Assembly (NCBI GenBank): GCA_951406725.2
Contig: OX597816.1
Location: 66,092,001-66,156,000 of the forward strand
Direction: 5' to 3'
DNA length: 64,000 nucleotides
Origin: Octopus vulgaris
Lineage: Eukaryota
Position numbers and translations under genes: made by a program. Under the pieces are notes generated by a model that saw only the letters and a list, made by a program, of their open reading frames with translations, was not told where the DNA came from and did not search any database. This document shows, one piece after another, positions 13,255 to 26,123 of the stretch; position 1 is the first letter of the stretch, and the number at the start of each line of letters is the position of its first letter.

Positions 13255-13562
13255 GTTGTTGTTTGTTCCTTCTCGGGCCATGCCTGGCTCATAAGGGCCG
13301 GTTTCCCAGTTTCCTTGGCCTATAGGTTCCCCACCTGGATGGGATGCCAGTCCGTCGGAGGTGAGCTGCAAGATGCAGGAGGAAAGAGTGAGAGAAAGTT
13401 GTGGCGAAAGAGTAAGCAGAAGTTCACCATTACCTTCTGCTGGAGCAGCATGGAGTTTAGGTGTTTTGCTCATGAACACACACATCGCCCGTTCTGAGGT
13501 TCAAGCCTGTTATCCCTCGACCGCGAGTCCTCTGCTCTAACCACTAGGCCATGTGCCTCCAC
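13255..13562 (-). mobile_element. tRNA-derived SINE (head related to family 4)
   Basis: Minus strand GGCACATGGCCTAGTGGTTAGAGC..GGCTTGAACC; (AAC)n tail. Confidence 0.7.
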
Positions 13563-13575
13563 ATGTATATGTATG

Positions 13576-13629
<54 letters not shown>

Positions 13630-13633
<4 letters not shown>

Positions 13634-14113
13634 CCAATAGAATAAGTACTAGCCTTCCAAAGAATAAGTCCTGGGGTCGATTTGCTCGACTAAAGGCGGT
13701 GCTCCAGCATGGCCACAGTCAAATGACTGAAACAAGTAAAGAGAGAAAAAAAGAGAATATATATATATATTTACTTGTTTCAGTCATTTGACTGTGGCCA
13801 TGCTGGAGCACCGCCTTTACTCGAGCAAATCGACCCCAGGACTTATTCTTTGGAAGCCTAGTACTTATTCTATCAGTCGCTTTTGCCGAACCGCTAAGTT
13901 ACGGTATCGTAAACACACCACCATCGGTTATCAAGTGATGTTGGAGGGACAAACATATATACACACACGACAGGCTTCTTTCAGATTCCGTCTACCAAAT
14001 CCACTCACAAGGCATTAGTCGGCCCGAGGCTATAGTAGAAGACACTTGCCCAAGGTGCCATGCAGTAGGACTGAACCCAGAACCATGTGGTTTGTAAGCA
14101 AGCTACTCCTGTG
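13630..14113. mobile_element. Two SINE family 1 copies tail-to-tail (+ 13630-13745; - 13771-14113)
   Basis: About 110-bp inverted tails separated by a short (TA)n. Confidence 0.85.
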
Positions 14114-14143
14114 CCTATTTTTAATAAATGTTAATATATACAT

Positions 14144-14178
<35 letters not shown>

Positions 14179-14595
14179 TACACACACATACACATATATA
14201 CATACACACTCTTATATGCGTATATATGTATACATATTTTTGAGTGTGAGTATGTATGTATAAATGATGTATGTGTGTGTGTGTGCGCATGCGTGTGTGT
14301 GTAAATGTATATGTTTGATTATCTGGGATTCTGATAACAGTTGTTGTGATCACAACAGGATGAAGTAAATCATTGTAATGGCATCATCAAAACGCCCACT
14401 GATGCCCCTTGCAGGTGATGTAAATATCAAGGCCTACAGAAGCTATCATGGGATATTCATGGGCTGCTTACCTGAACAAACACATCTCATATTACATTTC
14501 TCTACGTCTCATTCACTTTTCTACTCTTAGCTCTCATCTCTCTCTTTCTATTTATCTATATCTCTGTCTGTCTGCCTACCTATCTATATCTATCT

Positions 14596-14991
<396 letters not shown>

Positions 14992-15216
14992 GGCCTAGCT
15001 GGTTTAAAACCATCCTGTTGGATTATTTCATTCTAGCCTGGCCATCTACTGAGAGCATCAAGTTGAGAAGAAAATTTGATCTGATGCTGACACCCCTCTT
15101 TTAAGAAGCAACACTGTCTCACCCTCTCTCCCTTCTGTCATTAACTGCTTCTATACTTTCTTTATTTAGCTCTCCTAAATATAAAAAGGTGTACTAGTAC
15201 AGGTTGAATTTGTCAG

Positions 15217-15306
15217 TTGCTTTAGCTCATACCCAGAAACAGCTGGCCTGCCATTATGCAGTAATTTATACCGCCAACATCAGCGCAGTCTCTCTTCAGA
15301 TCACAG
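15217..15306 (+). CDS. Candidate host exon (coding phase 2->2, or 5'UTR if the acceptor at 15169 is used)
   Basis: Consensus donor CAG|GTAAGT at 15306/7; open frame CFSSYPETAGLPLCSNLYRQHQRSLSSDH joins 38312 in frame; acceptor ambiguous (15169, 15216 or 15225). Confidence 0.4.
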
Positions 15307-16029
15307 GTAAGTTGATTTCATTCTGGAATATGGTTTCTTGCATAGAATTTCCCACCATAAACATAATGTGGTTACTGCTGTTGTTGTTGTTATTATTAGA
15401 GCCAGTAGTAGTAGTAGTAATTATAGTAGTTGAAATATATTGGCTTTTTTTTTATGGCTCAAGGGAAAAAAAGAACAAATATATTGTGTAATCATTCTTC
15501 TTTAAAAACGTGTTATGGAAAAAAAAATCTTAGTTGATCCCTGGACCAAAACATAATGTAAACCCAAATTAGGCTTTATGGATTACCTTTATTAAACTAC
15601 TTAACCATTGGTATTACCTGGAAACTGTAGATGAGGCACACAGAGAATGGAAAGATGTTCAGAAACTGAATGTTTTTTTTTTTGTTTTTTTCATTTTGCT
15701 TCAGGCCTGTAAGAGAATGTGAACTTGTCACTGCAGGCTAAACCATACAATCGTTGTTCTTGTGTTCCACAGACACTCAGTGAACAGTTTTATGCAGTCA
15801 TTCTTTTATATAGTTTTTTTACAGTCATTCATTATGCAATGGCATACTGTCATTCGATCTACAGTGTTACATCTTCATTCATTAAACATGTTACGTGGTC
15901 ATTCATTACATGATGCTCTACAGACATTCGTTATATCGTGTTACATGGTTGTTCATGTTCGGCATCATGTTGTGGAACAGGGATACCAGTGCCTGGATTC
16001 TATAGCACATAAGAACCGTCAAGGAGGTC

Positions 16030-16260
16030 AAATATAGATGGGTTGGCCATATTGCACGACCTAAAGACAGCAGAAGGACGACAGAATAGACACAAAGTCA
16101 TGGACAAGATCTAAGGGTCAACCAAAGACAAGATGGTGAGATGATCTCACCCACTACCTGAGGCCTACATGGCCATGGCCACAACTGGCCAGAGACAGAC
16201 AGTGGTGGAAGGAGTCCAGGGAGGGGTTCCTCCTTCAGGAGTGATGAACCCCTGAAAAAG
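16030..16260 (+). mobile_element. RTE-like LINE 3' remnant
   Basis: RWVGHIARPKDSRRT..RW*DDL. Confidence 0.55.
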
Positions 16261-16501
16261 ATAAGGTTATATTTATTCATTATACAGTACCATAGTTATA
16301 ACCTTCTACACTATTGTGCAGTTCCTCATAACAGCATACAATACTGTTATTCATTACACCATTGGAGTTCTCTGGCTCAATGGTTCCTATTGAAACACCC
16401 AACACATGCCAGCATGGAAAGCAGACAATAAATGGTTGTGGTGGTGGCCATGGTGGTGGTGGTTGTTGTTGTTGTTGTTATCATCATCATTATCATTATC
16501 A

Positions 16502-16716
16502 TAAGGCAGTGAGCTGGCAGAATTGTTAGCACACCAGGCGAAATGCTTTGTGGCATTTCTTCTGTCTTTACATTCTGAGATCAAATTCTACTGAGGTTGA
16601 ATTTGCCTTTCATCCTTTTGGGGTCAATAAATTAAGTACCAGTGAAACTTTGCGATCAATGTAATCAACTAGTCCCCTCCCCCAAAATTTCAGGCCTTGT
16701 GCCTTTGGTAGAAAGG

Positions 16717-16787
<71 letters not shown>

Positions 16788-17060
16788 CATTATTATTATT
16801 AAGGTGATGAGCTGGCAGAATTGTTAGAATACCAAATATGCTTAGTGGCATTTTATTCATCTTTATATTTGGCTGAGATCAACAAATTCTGCCGAGATCA
16901 ACTTTGCCTTTCTTCTTCTGGAAGTTGATAAAATAAGTACCAGTTGAGCACTGGGGTCAATGTAATTGACCTACTCCTTCCCCAAAAGTTATGGTGAGCT
17001 GGCAGAAATGTTAGCGTGCCAGCCAAAATTCTTAGTGGTATTTCACCTGTGTTTACATTT
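16502..17060 (+). mobile_element. Cluster of SINE family 2 copies separated by (ATT)n
   Basis: Heads GGCAGTGAGCTGGCAGAA at about 16503, 16801 and 16993; TTTGCCTTTCATCC domain. Confidence 0.8.
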
Positions 17061-17061
17061 T

Positions 17062-17233
17062 AGGTGCAGGAGTGGCTGTGTGGTAAGTAGCTTGCTTACC
17101 AACCACATGGTTCTGGGTTCATTCCCACTGCATGGCACCTTGGGCAAGTGTCTTCTGCTATAGCCTCGGGCCAACCAAAGCCTTGTGAGTGGATTTGGTA
17201 GACGGAAACTGAAAGAAGCCTGTCGTATATATG

Positions 17234-17264
<31 letters not shown>

Positions 17265-17476
17265 ATATGTTTTTCCCGCCCCCCCCAAACATCGCTTGAC
17301 AACTGATGGTGGTGTGCTTACATCCCCATAACTTAGTGGTTCGGCAAAAGAGACCGATAGAATAAATACTAGGCTTCCAAAGAATAAGTCCTGGGGTTGA
17401 TGTGCTTGACTAAAGGCAGTGCTCCGGCATGGCCACAGTCAAATGACTGAAACAAGTAAAAGAGTAAAAGAGTAAA
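17062..17476 (+). mobile_element. SINE family 1
   Basis: Full-length copy with AGTAAAAG tail. Confidence 0.9.
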
Positions 17477-18058
17477 GCCTTGTGCCAAAATTTGAAACCA
17501 TCATTATTATTATAATTATTATTATAATTATTATTATTATATCAGCTTTTAGTTCTGCTATTTTATCTAGCCTCAGGTCAGTTCTGATCCAGCATCCAGC
17601 AGACCTATGGTCACACCACAGCCTTGACATTCTTGCTTTTTATTCCGACAGTATATTTAGGACTACATTTTCAACAATGTCTTTTTAAAAAAGACTGAAG
17701 CATGTGATTTCAAAAAGAGTATGGCTGCTGTTTTTAGCAGGTCAAGTAACTGTGTGGATGTTTCCTCATTGGTTCTACTCAAGTAAACCCACTATGTGGA
17801 GGTTGTTAATAAAATATTAACAACCACTAAGGACATATGCTGTGCTCTAGTTCTATCAGGGCCATACTGCTTAACCAGCCATACAGTATATTAAGCATGT
17901 TGTATACCACTTGTTATATATATTTATATATGTTCTATACACAATCATACAGTGACATATATAAAATAGACCCTACCATTCAGTGACCTGTTATATATGT
18001 GTGTGTGTGTACATATATTTATATATATATATACATACATATATATATAGATATATAT

Positions 18059-18130
<72 letters not shown>

Positions 18131-18132
<2 letters not shown>

Positions 18133-18469
18133 TACGGAGATGTACTCGCATAGCAAGTAATTTGATCTGAGATCCTGTGCTGAAACGAAAACAATTGCAG
18201 CGTGGAAGGTGTTTATAAGCCATTTAAGAAACACACAAAAGCCGTTCGATTCACTCCAACATTTAATTTTAATTTGTCAAAATATTTCGTCGCTAAAATC
18301 CGCGACCTGTTCACTGACAAAGTCCGTGCAGCACGGACTTTGTCAGTGAACAGGTCGCGGATTTTAGCGACGAAATATTTTGACAAATTAAAATTAAATG
18401 TTGGAGTGAATCGAACGGCTTTTGTGTGTTTCTTAAATGGCTTATAAACACCTTCCACGCTGCAATTGT
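18131..18469. mobile_element. Perfect fold-back element (family C), 139-bp arms, 1-nt loop
   Basis: 18191-18329 / 18331-18469 are reverse complements (the mirrored ORFs are identical); tail 18131-18190; (TA)n on the left; second copy at 40702-40865. Confidence 0.92.
18339..18387 (+). ncRNA. Hammerhead variant with G3-C8 core (mirror copy at 18273-18321, minus strand)
   Basis: TTTGTCA-GTGAACA-G-GTCGC ggatttta GCGAC-GAAA-TATTT-TGACAAA. Confidence 0.65.
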
Positions 18470-18470
18470 A

Positions 18471-18471
18471 T

Positions 18472-18503
<32 letters not shown>

Positions 18504-18705
18504 TTAACGTCCGCTTTCCATGCTAGCATGGGTTGGACGGTTCAACTGGGGTCTGGGGAGCCCGAAAGCTGCACCAGTCCAGTCAGATCTGGCAGTGTTT
18601 CTACAGCTGGATGCCCTTCCTAACGCCAACCACTCCGAGAGTGTAGTGGGTGATTTTATGTGCCACCGACACAGGTGCCAGACGAGGCTGGCAAACGGCC
18701 AACGG
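18471..18705 (-). mobile_element. SINE-like family 3
   Basis: Nearly identical to the reverse complement of 40330-40540. Confidence 0.88.
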
Positions 18706-18706
18706 C

Positions 18707-18804
<98 letters not shown>

Positions 18805-19455
18805 TTAATTAATAAGGGTGAGAGAATTAGATACTAATTTAATAGTATATCTATTCTACACCAAGTGGCCTAGTGCTCCGAGAAACCTGGATTATTATAA
18901 TATTTTATAATATATTATAATATTTTTACAAAATAAATATAAGAGAGTGGTCACTATATGGCTCACTCTAGCACCAGTTAATCCAAAAGGTTTCAACCAC
19001 AAAAATACATGTTTCCCATGAAAGTCAGTACGATTGTTAGCTCACACGGACAGGGCAAATAAAAAATAACAAAATACAGATTATTTTGGGACAATTGTTT
19101 CGCTATTAATGAATTAAATGTAATTTTACTTACAATAAAATCCACTTGTAGCTCTTCAGCCAAAACTATCTGGATGAAATCCACTCAATCACACGCCAGA
19201 GTGGATTTCATCCAGATAGTTTTGGCTGAAGAGCTACAAGTGGATTTTATTGTAAGTAAAATTACATTTAATTCATTAATAGCGAAACAATTGTCCCAAA
19301 ATAATCTGTATTTTGTTATTTTTTATTTGCCCTGTCCGTGTGAGCTAACAATCGTACTGACTTTCATGGGAAACATGTATTTTTGTGGTTGAAACCTTTT
19401 GGATTAACTGGTGCTAGAGTGAGCCATATAGTGACCACTCTCTTATATTTATTTT
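18805..19455. mobile_element. Fold-back HHR element (family D), 257-bp arms, 12-nt loop
   Basis: 18930-19186 / 19199-19455 inverted; tail 18805-18929; long (TA)n on both sides. Confidence 0.92.
19220..19301 (+). ncRNA. Canonical type I hammerhead ribozyme (mirror copy at 19084-19165, minus strand)
   Basis: TTTTGG-CTGAAGA-GCTA..TAGC-GAAA-CAATTG-TC-CCAAAA; predicted cleavage after C19295. Confidence 0.88.
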
Positions 19456-19501
19456 ATATATATATATATATATACATATATATATACACATACATACATA
19501 G

Positions 19502-19587
<86 letters not shown>

Positions 19588-19747
19588 TGGCATGGCTGTA
19601 TGGTAAGAAGTTTGCTTCCCAACCACATGGTTTCAGGTTCTGGCCCACTGTGTGGCACCTTTGGCAAGTGTCTTCTACCACTATATACCCTTGTGCCGAC
19701 CAAAGCCTTGTGAGTGGATCTGGCAGACAGTAACTGAAAGAAGACCA

Positions 19748-19784
<37 letters not shown>

Positions 19785-19786
<2 letters not shown>

Positions 19787-19962
19787 GGGAGAGTTTACGA
19801 AAAAAACAAAAGACAAAGACAGGTGGTGTACAAAACAAACAGATGTATTAGTATAACGCTCAGGAATATAAAAAGTCAATCACGTTTCGAGCCTACGCTC
19901 TTCTACAGAAAGGGACACAGAAAAAACAAGGAGAGAGAAAAAATGTGTGTAGTGGCTAACAA
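19785..19962 (-). mobile_element. PLE-type 3' fragment with HHR-like motif, nested in the SINE
   Basis: Minus strand CTGTAGA-A-GAGC gtag GCTC-GAAACGT; ends CCCTA(TA)n; related to 44960-45152. Confidence 0.6.
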
Positions 19963-20006
19963 TAGATAGATAGCTAGACGGACAGATAGGTAGGTAGGTA
20001 GGTAGG

Positions 20007-20101
<95 letters not shown>

Positions 20102-20106
20102 GTAGG

Positions 20107-20152
<46 letters not shown>

Positions 20153-20200
20153 GATAAATAGATAGATCGATAGATAAATAGATAGATAGATAGATAGATA
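19962..20200. repeat. (GATA)n/(GGTA)n microsatellite
   Basis: Seen directly. Confidence 0.95.
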
Positions 20201-20299
20201 GGTGTTTATGTGTATGTGTCTGTATTTGTCCCCCTGCCATCACTAATCCCCTAGCATAAAATCATCCCCTCAGCATTTGTAGTCTTGCAAACTGCATGA

Positions 20300-20535
20300 T
20301 GGCCTTATTGATGCTGGTGGCATGAAAAAGCATGAAAAAAAGCATTCTGTACATGCCATAGAGTGGTTGGCATTAGGAAGGGCATTCGACCATAGAAACA
20401 ATGCCAAAGCAAGACACTGGGGCAGATTCTGTCTTTGACACCAACGAATCCTGTGAAACCATCAGGCACATGCCAGCATGGAGCATGGACCTTAAACACT
20501 GATGTTGACGATGACGATGATGATGATGATAATGA
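20300..20535 (+). mobile_element. SINE-like family 3, decayed
   Basis: GGCATTAGGAAGGGCAT, CATGCCAGCATGG, GAT tail. Confidence 0.75.
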
Positions 20536-21044
20536 GGATGGCTGGCTGGCTGGATGGATGGATGGATGGATGCTATCATAAAGTCATTTCTATACAACAT
20601 ACCTTGCCATATAAGGAAGCCAATAGCCAACTCCAGTGTTCCCCAAAGGCCAAGGCCCCTCAGCATCCCAATAATAGTGATCCTGTTTTGTTCTTAGAAT
20701 CTTTTACTAGTTTCTGTCATTGGATGATGGCCATGCTGTAGCAGTGCCTTCTATGTTATTTGGGATCACTCCAGTGAAGTGATGCATTTTCTTGATGGTT
20801 AGAGGCTAAAAAATAACATGGACTGAGACCTGAGTAGGATTTGAACTCAGAGCATGAAAAGAATGTGACCTAATATCACATAGTATTTTTCTGATGATCT
20901 ACCAGTTCTACTGTGTATCCGACTATAATGGTAGCTACAATAAATAAAGGAATAAGAACCAGCTGTTGTCACTGAAATTATTGGTTTTGTTACTGAAAGG
21001 AAGGAAGTGCTCTGGTTAAATCTCAGACTAGATCTGGCGTCTGC

Positions 21045-21381
21045 TACTATTACTGCTGCTGCTGTTGTTGGTGGTGGTGGTGGCAGTAACAATGAATGGG
21101 AGGCAGTCAGTAATCAATAGTTTTGGTAGTGGTGCTAGTCATGGTGGTGGTGGCAGTGGTGGTGATGATGCTGCTGCTGATGATGATGATGACGACGACG
21201 ACGACGATGATGGTGGTGGTGAAAGATGTTGTTATTGTTATTGAGGATGATGATGGTGGTAACGATAAGGATGATGAAGATAATGATGATGAAGACAACG
21301 ACGTCGACGACGACGGTGGTGGTAGTGGTGGTGGTGAAGGATGTTATTGTTGTTGAGGATGATGATGGTGGTAGCAGTAAG

Positions 21382-21412
<31 letters not shown>

Positions 21413-21555
21413 GAATCAGCAATTTTGGCTGTGTTGATGATGGTTGTGGTGCTGATGCTGGTACTTGTACTGTTGCTGGTACTGATACTGGCTGGTGGTG
21501 ATGGAGGTGTTGGCGCTGGTGGTGCTGGAAAGAATGGTAACATATGATGATAATA
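21045..21555. repeat. Complex GGT/GAT/GAC/GCT trinucleotide tract with an internal ~65-bp duplication
   Basis: GGTGAA.GATGTT.TT.TTGTT..GAGGATGATGATGGTGGTA occurs twice. Confidence 0.85.
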
Positions 21556-22365
21556 GTATTATGTTACAGATAGCAGCAGTGCTCTAGCTGTAAGGAAGCA
21601 TTTTATCTACATTAACAGTGATAAACAGAACACCTAGCAGTGTTAAATTACCATAGCAATCAAAACAGAAGCTGTTGCATAAGTCAGTGTTAGAAGGCTT
21701 TGGTTACCATGTTGTCATGTGGTATACAAGCAAAGCAAGCAAAAAAAAAAAAAAAGCTGGAAGCAGCACTAGTGTTCAGGAATTAGTTGTTTTACCATTT
21801 TAATGTTGTTCATGGGTGTAAATATAGCTCTGTGTTAAAGGTTCTTGCTTTGCAACCATTTGCTTTCAGGTTCTATTCCACTGAATGGTACCTTGGACAA
21901 GTACCTTCTACTAGTATGCATTATGAATGGAATTTTGGGATCAGAAATTGCATAGAAGCTCATTGTTCTTTAACCTCTTGAGACTTAGCATAGAGCCACC
22001 CTGCAGAGTGGGCTGAGTGCTTTTCATGTGGCACTTGCACAGATGAGTTTTGGCGTGATTTTTACAGTTGGATGCCCTTCCAAATGCCAACCACTTTTCA
22101 ATGTAAACTGGGTGCTTTTTAAGTGACAACTGCAATGGTGCGGGGGGTCACCAAATGACTTTGCAAGACAATGAGTCTTTTAGAGGGGGGTTGGAATTGG
22201 AGGAGGTGATCATGTGTCAGATGATGAAAGATTAGAGTGTGACAGAGAGGCAGAAACAGATGTCTTGCTGTAGTTACCGAGCCAGAGAGACAGGAAGAGA
22301 TAGAGGAAGGGAAAGAGAGTGAGAGTTAACAAGAGGTGTGCCGCTGTAAAGGTGATACATACATA

Positions 22366-22472
<107 letters not shown>

Positions 22473-22489
22473 GTATATGTATATATATA

Positions 22490-22830
22490 TCTGAGACCCC
22501 TTCGATCATGACTGACCGTGGGATTGGATATAGAAAGTTACCCTCCCAGGCACAAGTCTAGACAAGGTTATTTATGGAAGACCAGCAGTTGCCCATGCAT
22601 ACTGGCCTCCCCTCTCCATGCCACAAGTGTTATCCAAGGGAAAGGCAAAGGGGCTGATACAGCTTGGCACCAGTGACGTCGCAACTCATTTCTACAGCTG
22701 AGTGAACTGGAGCAACGTGAAATAAAGTGTCTTGCTCAACAACACAACATGCAGCTCAGTCTGGGATTCAAACTCACAACCTCACGATCGTAAGCTCGCC
22801 GCTCTAACCACTGAGCCATGTACTTTCATA
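22490..22830 (-). mobile_element. SINE family 4 (tRNA head)
   Basis: Minus strand TGGCTCAGTGGTTAGAGC..GAGTTTGAATCC..TTGAGCAAGACACT; plus-strand copy at 42022-42340. Confidence 0.8.
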
Positions 22831-23689
22831 CACACACACACACACACACATATATTTATATATATAAAATACTCAGTTTTATTTTGAGATTGCTAGTGTT
22901 AACAATACTTGCAAAAAATACAGACTGGAGTTGTAGTGCTCCAAGTGAGCTATATTTCACTTCTTAATTTGAATGGAGGCAATGTAAGCAGAAACTAGAG
23001 GAACATAATTCAGATCTACACTCAAAGATCAAATAGATACATATATTCATATATTCTTCCACATTTACAAAATGGATGTATAAATTCCAGATATAAATAT
23101 CATTTAACATCCACTTTCCATGCTGGCATGGGTTGGATAAATATATAAAAATATATATAAATAGATATAATCGGTGTTATACATAAAACATGTTTTATGT
23201 ATAACACTGTAAAAGTGCTGCCCCACCCCATAAAAGTGCCATCTGGGGGTAGGCCAATGCCATCTAGCTTCACCACTCTGAACCAGTGTGTTTTATTAGA
23301 GCTTTCGATTGACACAAGGTTTGTAAAGGAAATCAAGTAGATGGAAAGTGTATGGAAGCCTGTCAGGGAGATCATGCCTTTAATTCAATGGTCCAGGTTT
23401 GTTCCACACTATATCATACTGATTTAACCTGAGAATTATGTTAATGATACATGTGTCTGAGGAATACTCAGCCACTTACACATTAAGTTGGATTGGATTA
23501 CCCATATTCAATCTACTGCAGGACAAAGGCTTCAGCATGTTCTCTCCACCAACTACAGACAGATGTGTAGGCCATGAAATTGAGCTTGTGATCATACTGG
23601 TTTGATGAGCCTGCTCTGTCACACTGGCTCAACATGGCTTTGGCAGAGGAATGCAGTTTTTTTTTCTTGTACTCATACCCAGGAGTAAT

Positions 23690-24310
23690 TAAGTCAATTG
23701 CGTCAACCCCAGTGCTCAAATGGTGGTTATTTTATCAACCCTGAAAAGATGAAAGGATAACATGACCTTGGTGGAAATTGAACACTGAATATAAAGGTGA
23801 ATGAAATAACACTAAGCATTTTGCCAAGCGTGCTCACAATTCTGCCAGGGCACCAGCGTACATTAAGTTAATAAGTAGATAATTCAGTTGAATGAATAAC
23901 TGAATGCTCATCAGGAACCCCGACAGAAGATCTATTAAACCTAACAACATACACAATGCATTCTACACTGATAATATTAGTTTCAAATGTTGGCACAAGG
24001 CCAGCAATTTCAGTGGAGGGTGTAAGTCAATTACACTGACCCCAGTGCTCATCTGGTACTCATTTTATCAATCCTGAAAGAATGAAAAGCAAAATCAACC
24101 TCATTGGAATTTGAACTCAGAACGTAAGGATGAACAAAATACCACTCAGCATTTTTCTTGGCACAGTAACAATTCTGCCAGGTCACTACCACTCATTAAG
24201 TTAATAAGCATGTAATTCAGTTGATTGAATAACTGAATGCTCATCATGAAATCCAGCTGAAGATCTATTAAAATCTTGCAACTTAGACAATGCATTCTCT
24301 GCTGATAATA
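23690..24310. repeat. Old tandem duplication (about 334-bp period); each unit contains a minus-strand SINE family 2
   Basis: CATTAAGTTAATAAG..GAATAACTGAATGCTCATCA..GAAGATCTATTAAA..CAATGCATTCT at 23861 and 24195. Confidence 0.8.
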
Positions 24311-24615
24311 TTACAATTACATTCTTCTACAAGCTCACCACCACCTCCATAAATACTTACACACAAACTATGTACAAAAATAATTCTACCAAAAATATGA
24401 AAAAAAGCAGACTAGCAGTAATATCAAATAAAAGAGAGAGAGAGCTAGAAATAGCATCCATATCTTCCTCAAATTACACCTTACCTCCCATCTTGGTAAA
24501 TGTAGTTCTAGAAATGCAATTTCCAAGAGAAGAATGGGATGGTCATGGCAAAAATACCTTTGAACATAGATCTACTGTCTCAGGACTGGTCTGGGATTAA
24601 ACAATATTAACCTTT

Positions 24616-24822
24616 AAGGGTGGCGAGCTGGCAGAAACGTTAGCATGCCGGGTGAAATGCTTAGCAGTATTTTATCTGCCGAGATCGACTTTGCCTTTTA
24701 TCCTTTCGGGGTCGATTAAATAAGTACCAGTTACACACTGGGGTCGCTGTAATTGACTTAATCCCTTTGTCTGTCCTTGTTTGTCCCCTCTACGTTTAGC
24801 TCCTTGTGGGCAATAAAGAAAT
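24616..24822 (+). mobile_element. SINE family 2
   Basis: GGCGAGCTGGCAGAAACGTTAGC..GACTTTGCCTTT.ATCCTTTCGGGGTCGAT..AAAGAAATA. Confidence 0.85.
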
Positions 24823-25144
24823 AAATATTAACCCTTAAGCATTCAGATTACTCAATGAAATGTAAAGCTCATTGATTTGTATTGTTTTGCATTAATCATA
24901 CTCTGAGATTTGATGCCTTGAGATTTTGATGATGCGATTGCTTATTTTTTAAATTGTGCTTCAGAAGACCTTGCAAGCCAAATGAGACCATAACCTTGTG
25001 GCCTATGCCAGGGGTGTAACCAGCGTACTGCTTGCGAAGACCTGTTAAGGCAAGTGAAATCGAAATCAAATTCAATGACTGGCATCCGTGCTAGTGGAGC
25101 ACTAAGAGCACCATCTGAGCATGATCGTTGCCAGAGCGGCTAAC

Positions 25145-25440
25145 CCTCCATATTCACCAGATATTGCTCCTTTGGATTTCCACTTATTCAGGTCTCTGCA
25201 GTGTAGTTTTAATGGTATAAATTTCAATTCCTTGGATGACATAAAAAGATACCTTGTTGAATTCTTTGCTATGAAACCACCTCAATTCTAGGAAGAGGGT
25301 ATTTTCAAGTTAAAGGAAAGATGGAGACGCATTGTGCAACAAAATGGTTCATATTTGGTTGATTAAAATGTAATGGCAAGTATTTATTGACCTTTTTCTT
25401 TCCTTTAAAAATCGGCTCAAATTTTCCAGACAACCCAATA
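25145..25440 (+). pseudogene. Mariner (DD34D) transposase C-terminus plus 3' end
   Basis: PPYSPDIAPLDFHLFRSLQ..KLKERWRRIVQQNGSY*; internal stop; ends CAACCCAATA. Confidence 0.88.
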
Positions 25441-25708
25441 GTTAAATTAGTGTTAATATATTGTATGTAGATAAGATGGTGAAGTGGTAGGATTGTTAGC
25501 ATACAGAGTAAAATGCTTAACAGTATTTTATCTGTTCAAATTCTGCTGAGGTTCACTTTGCCTTTCATCCTTTTGGGGTTGATGAAACAAGTACCAGTTA
25601 AGCACTCAAGTTGATATAATCAATTTGCCCCCACCCCTGAAATTGTTACCCCAGTGCCAAAATTTGGAACTAATATATTGTATTCAGTTAAAATCAAAAA
25701 TTTAATTT

Positions 25709-25740
<32 letters not shown>

Positions 25741-25741
<1 letters not shown>

Positions 25742-26123
25742 GGCGTAGGAGTGGCTGTGATAAGTAGCTTACTTACCAACCACATGGTTCCGGGTTCAGT
25801 CCCACTGCATGGTACCTTGGGAAAGTGTCTTCTACTATAGCCTCAGGCCGACTAAAGCCTTGTGAGTGGATTTGGTAAATGGAAATTGAAAGAAGCCTGT
25901 CGTATATATGTATATATATGTTTGTGTGTCTGTGTTTGTCCCCCCAACATCGCTTGACAACCGATGCTGGTGTGTTTATGTCCCCGTAACTTAGCAGTTC
26001 AGCAAAAGAGACCGATAGAATAAGTACTAGGCTTCCAAAGAATAAGTCCTGGGGCCGATTTGCTCGACTAAAGGCGGTGCTCCAGCATGGCCACAGTCAA
26101 ATGACTGAAACAAGTAAATGAGT
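25741..26123 (+). mobile_element. SINE family 1
   Basis: Full-length copy. Confidence 0.9.

Larger units (their letters stand above)
19583..20242 (+). mobile_element. SINE family 1 split at its internal microsatellite
   Basis: 5' half at 19583-19745; continuation TTTGTCCCCC..CATC at about 20200-20242. Confidence 0.7.

Noticed and set aside
14359-14414. Extra plus-strand exon DEVNHCNGIIKTPTDAPC, phase-compatible with 15217
   Set aside because: Weak acceptor tract and weak donor (GTGATG); could be chance
18191-19455. Perfect palindromes as assembly or amplification chimeras
   Set aside because: The same architecture occurs with aged, diverged arms (10930, 38864, 46665, 63411) and with different turn points in one family; a read-level check is still advisable
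21645-21715. RFX X-box-like motifs (ATTACCATAGCAAT, GTTACCATG)
   Set aside because: Imperfect matches with no promoter context
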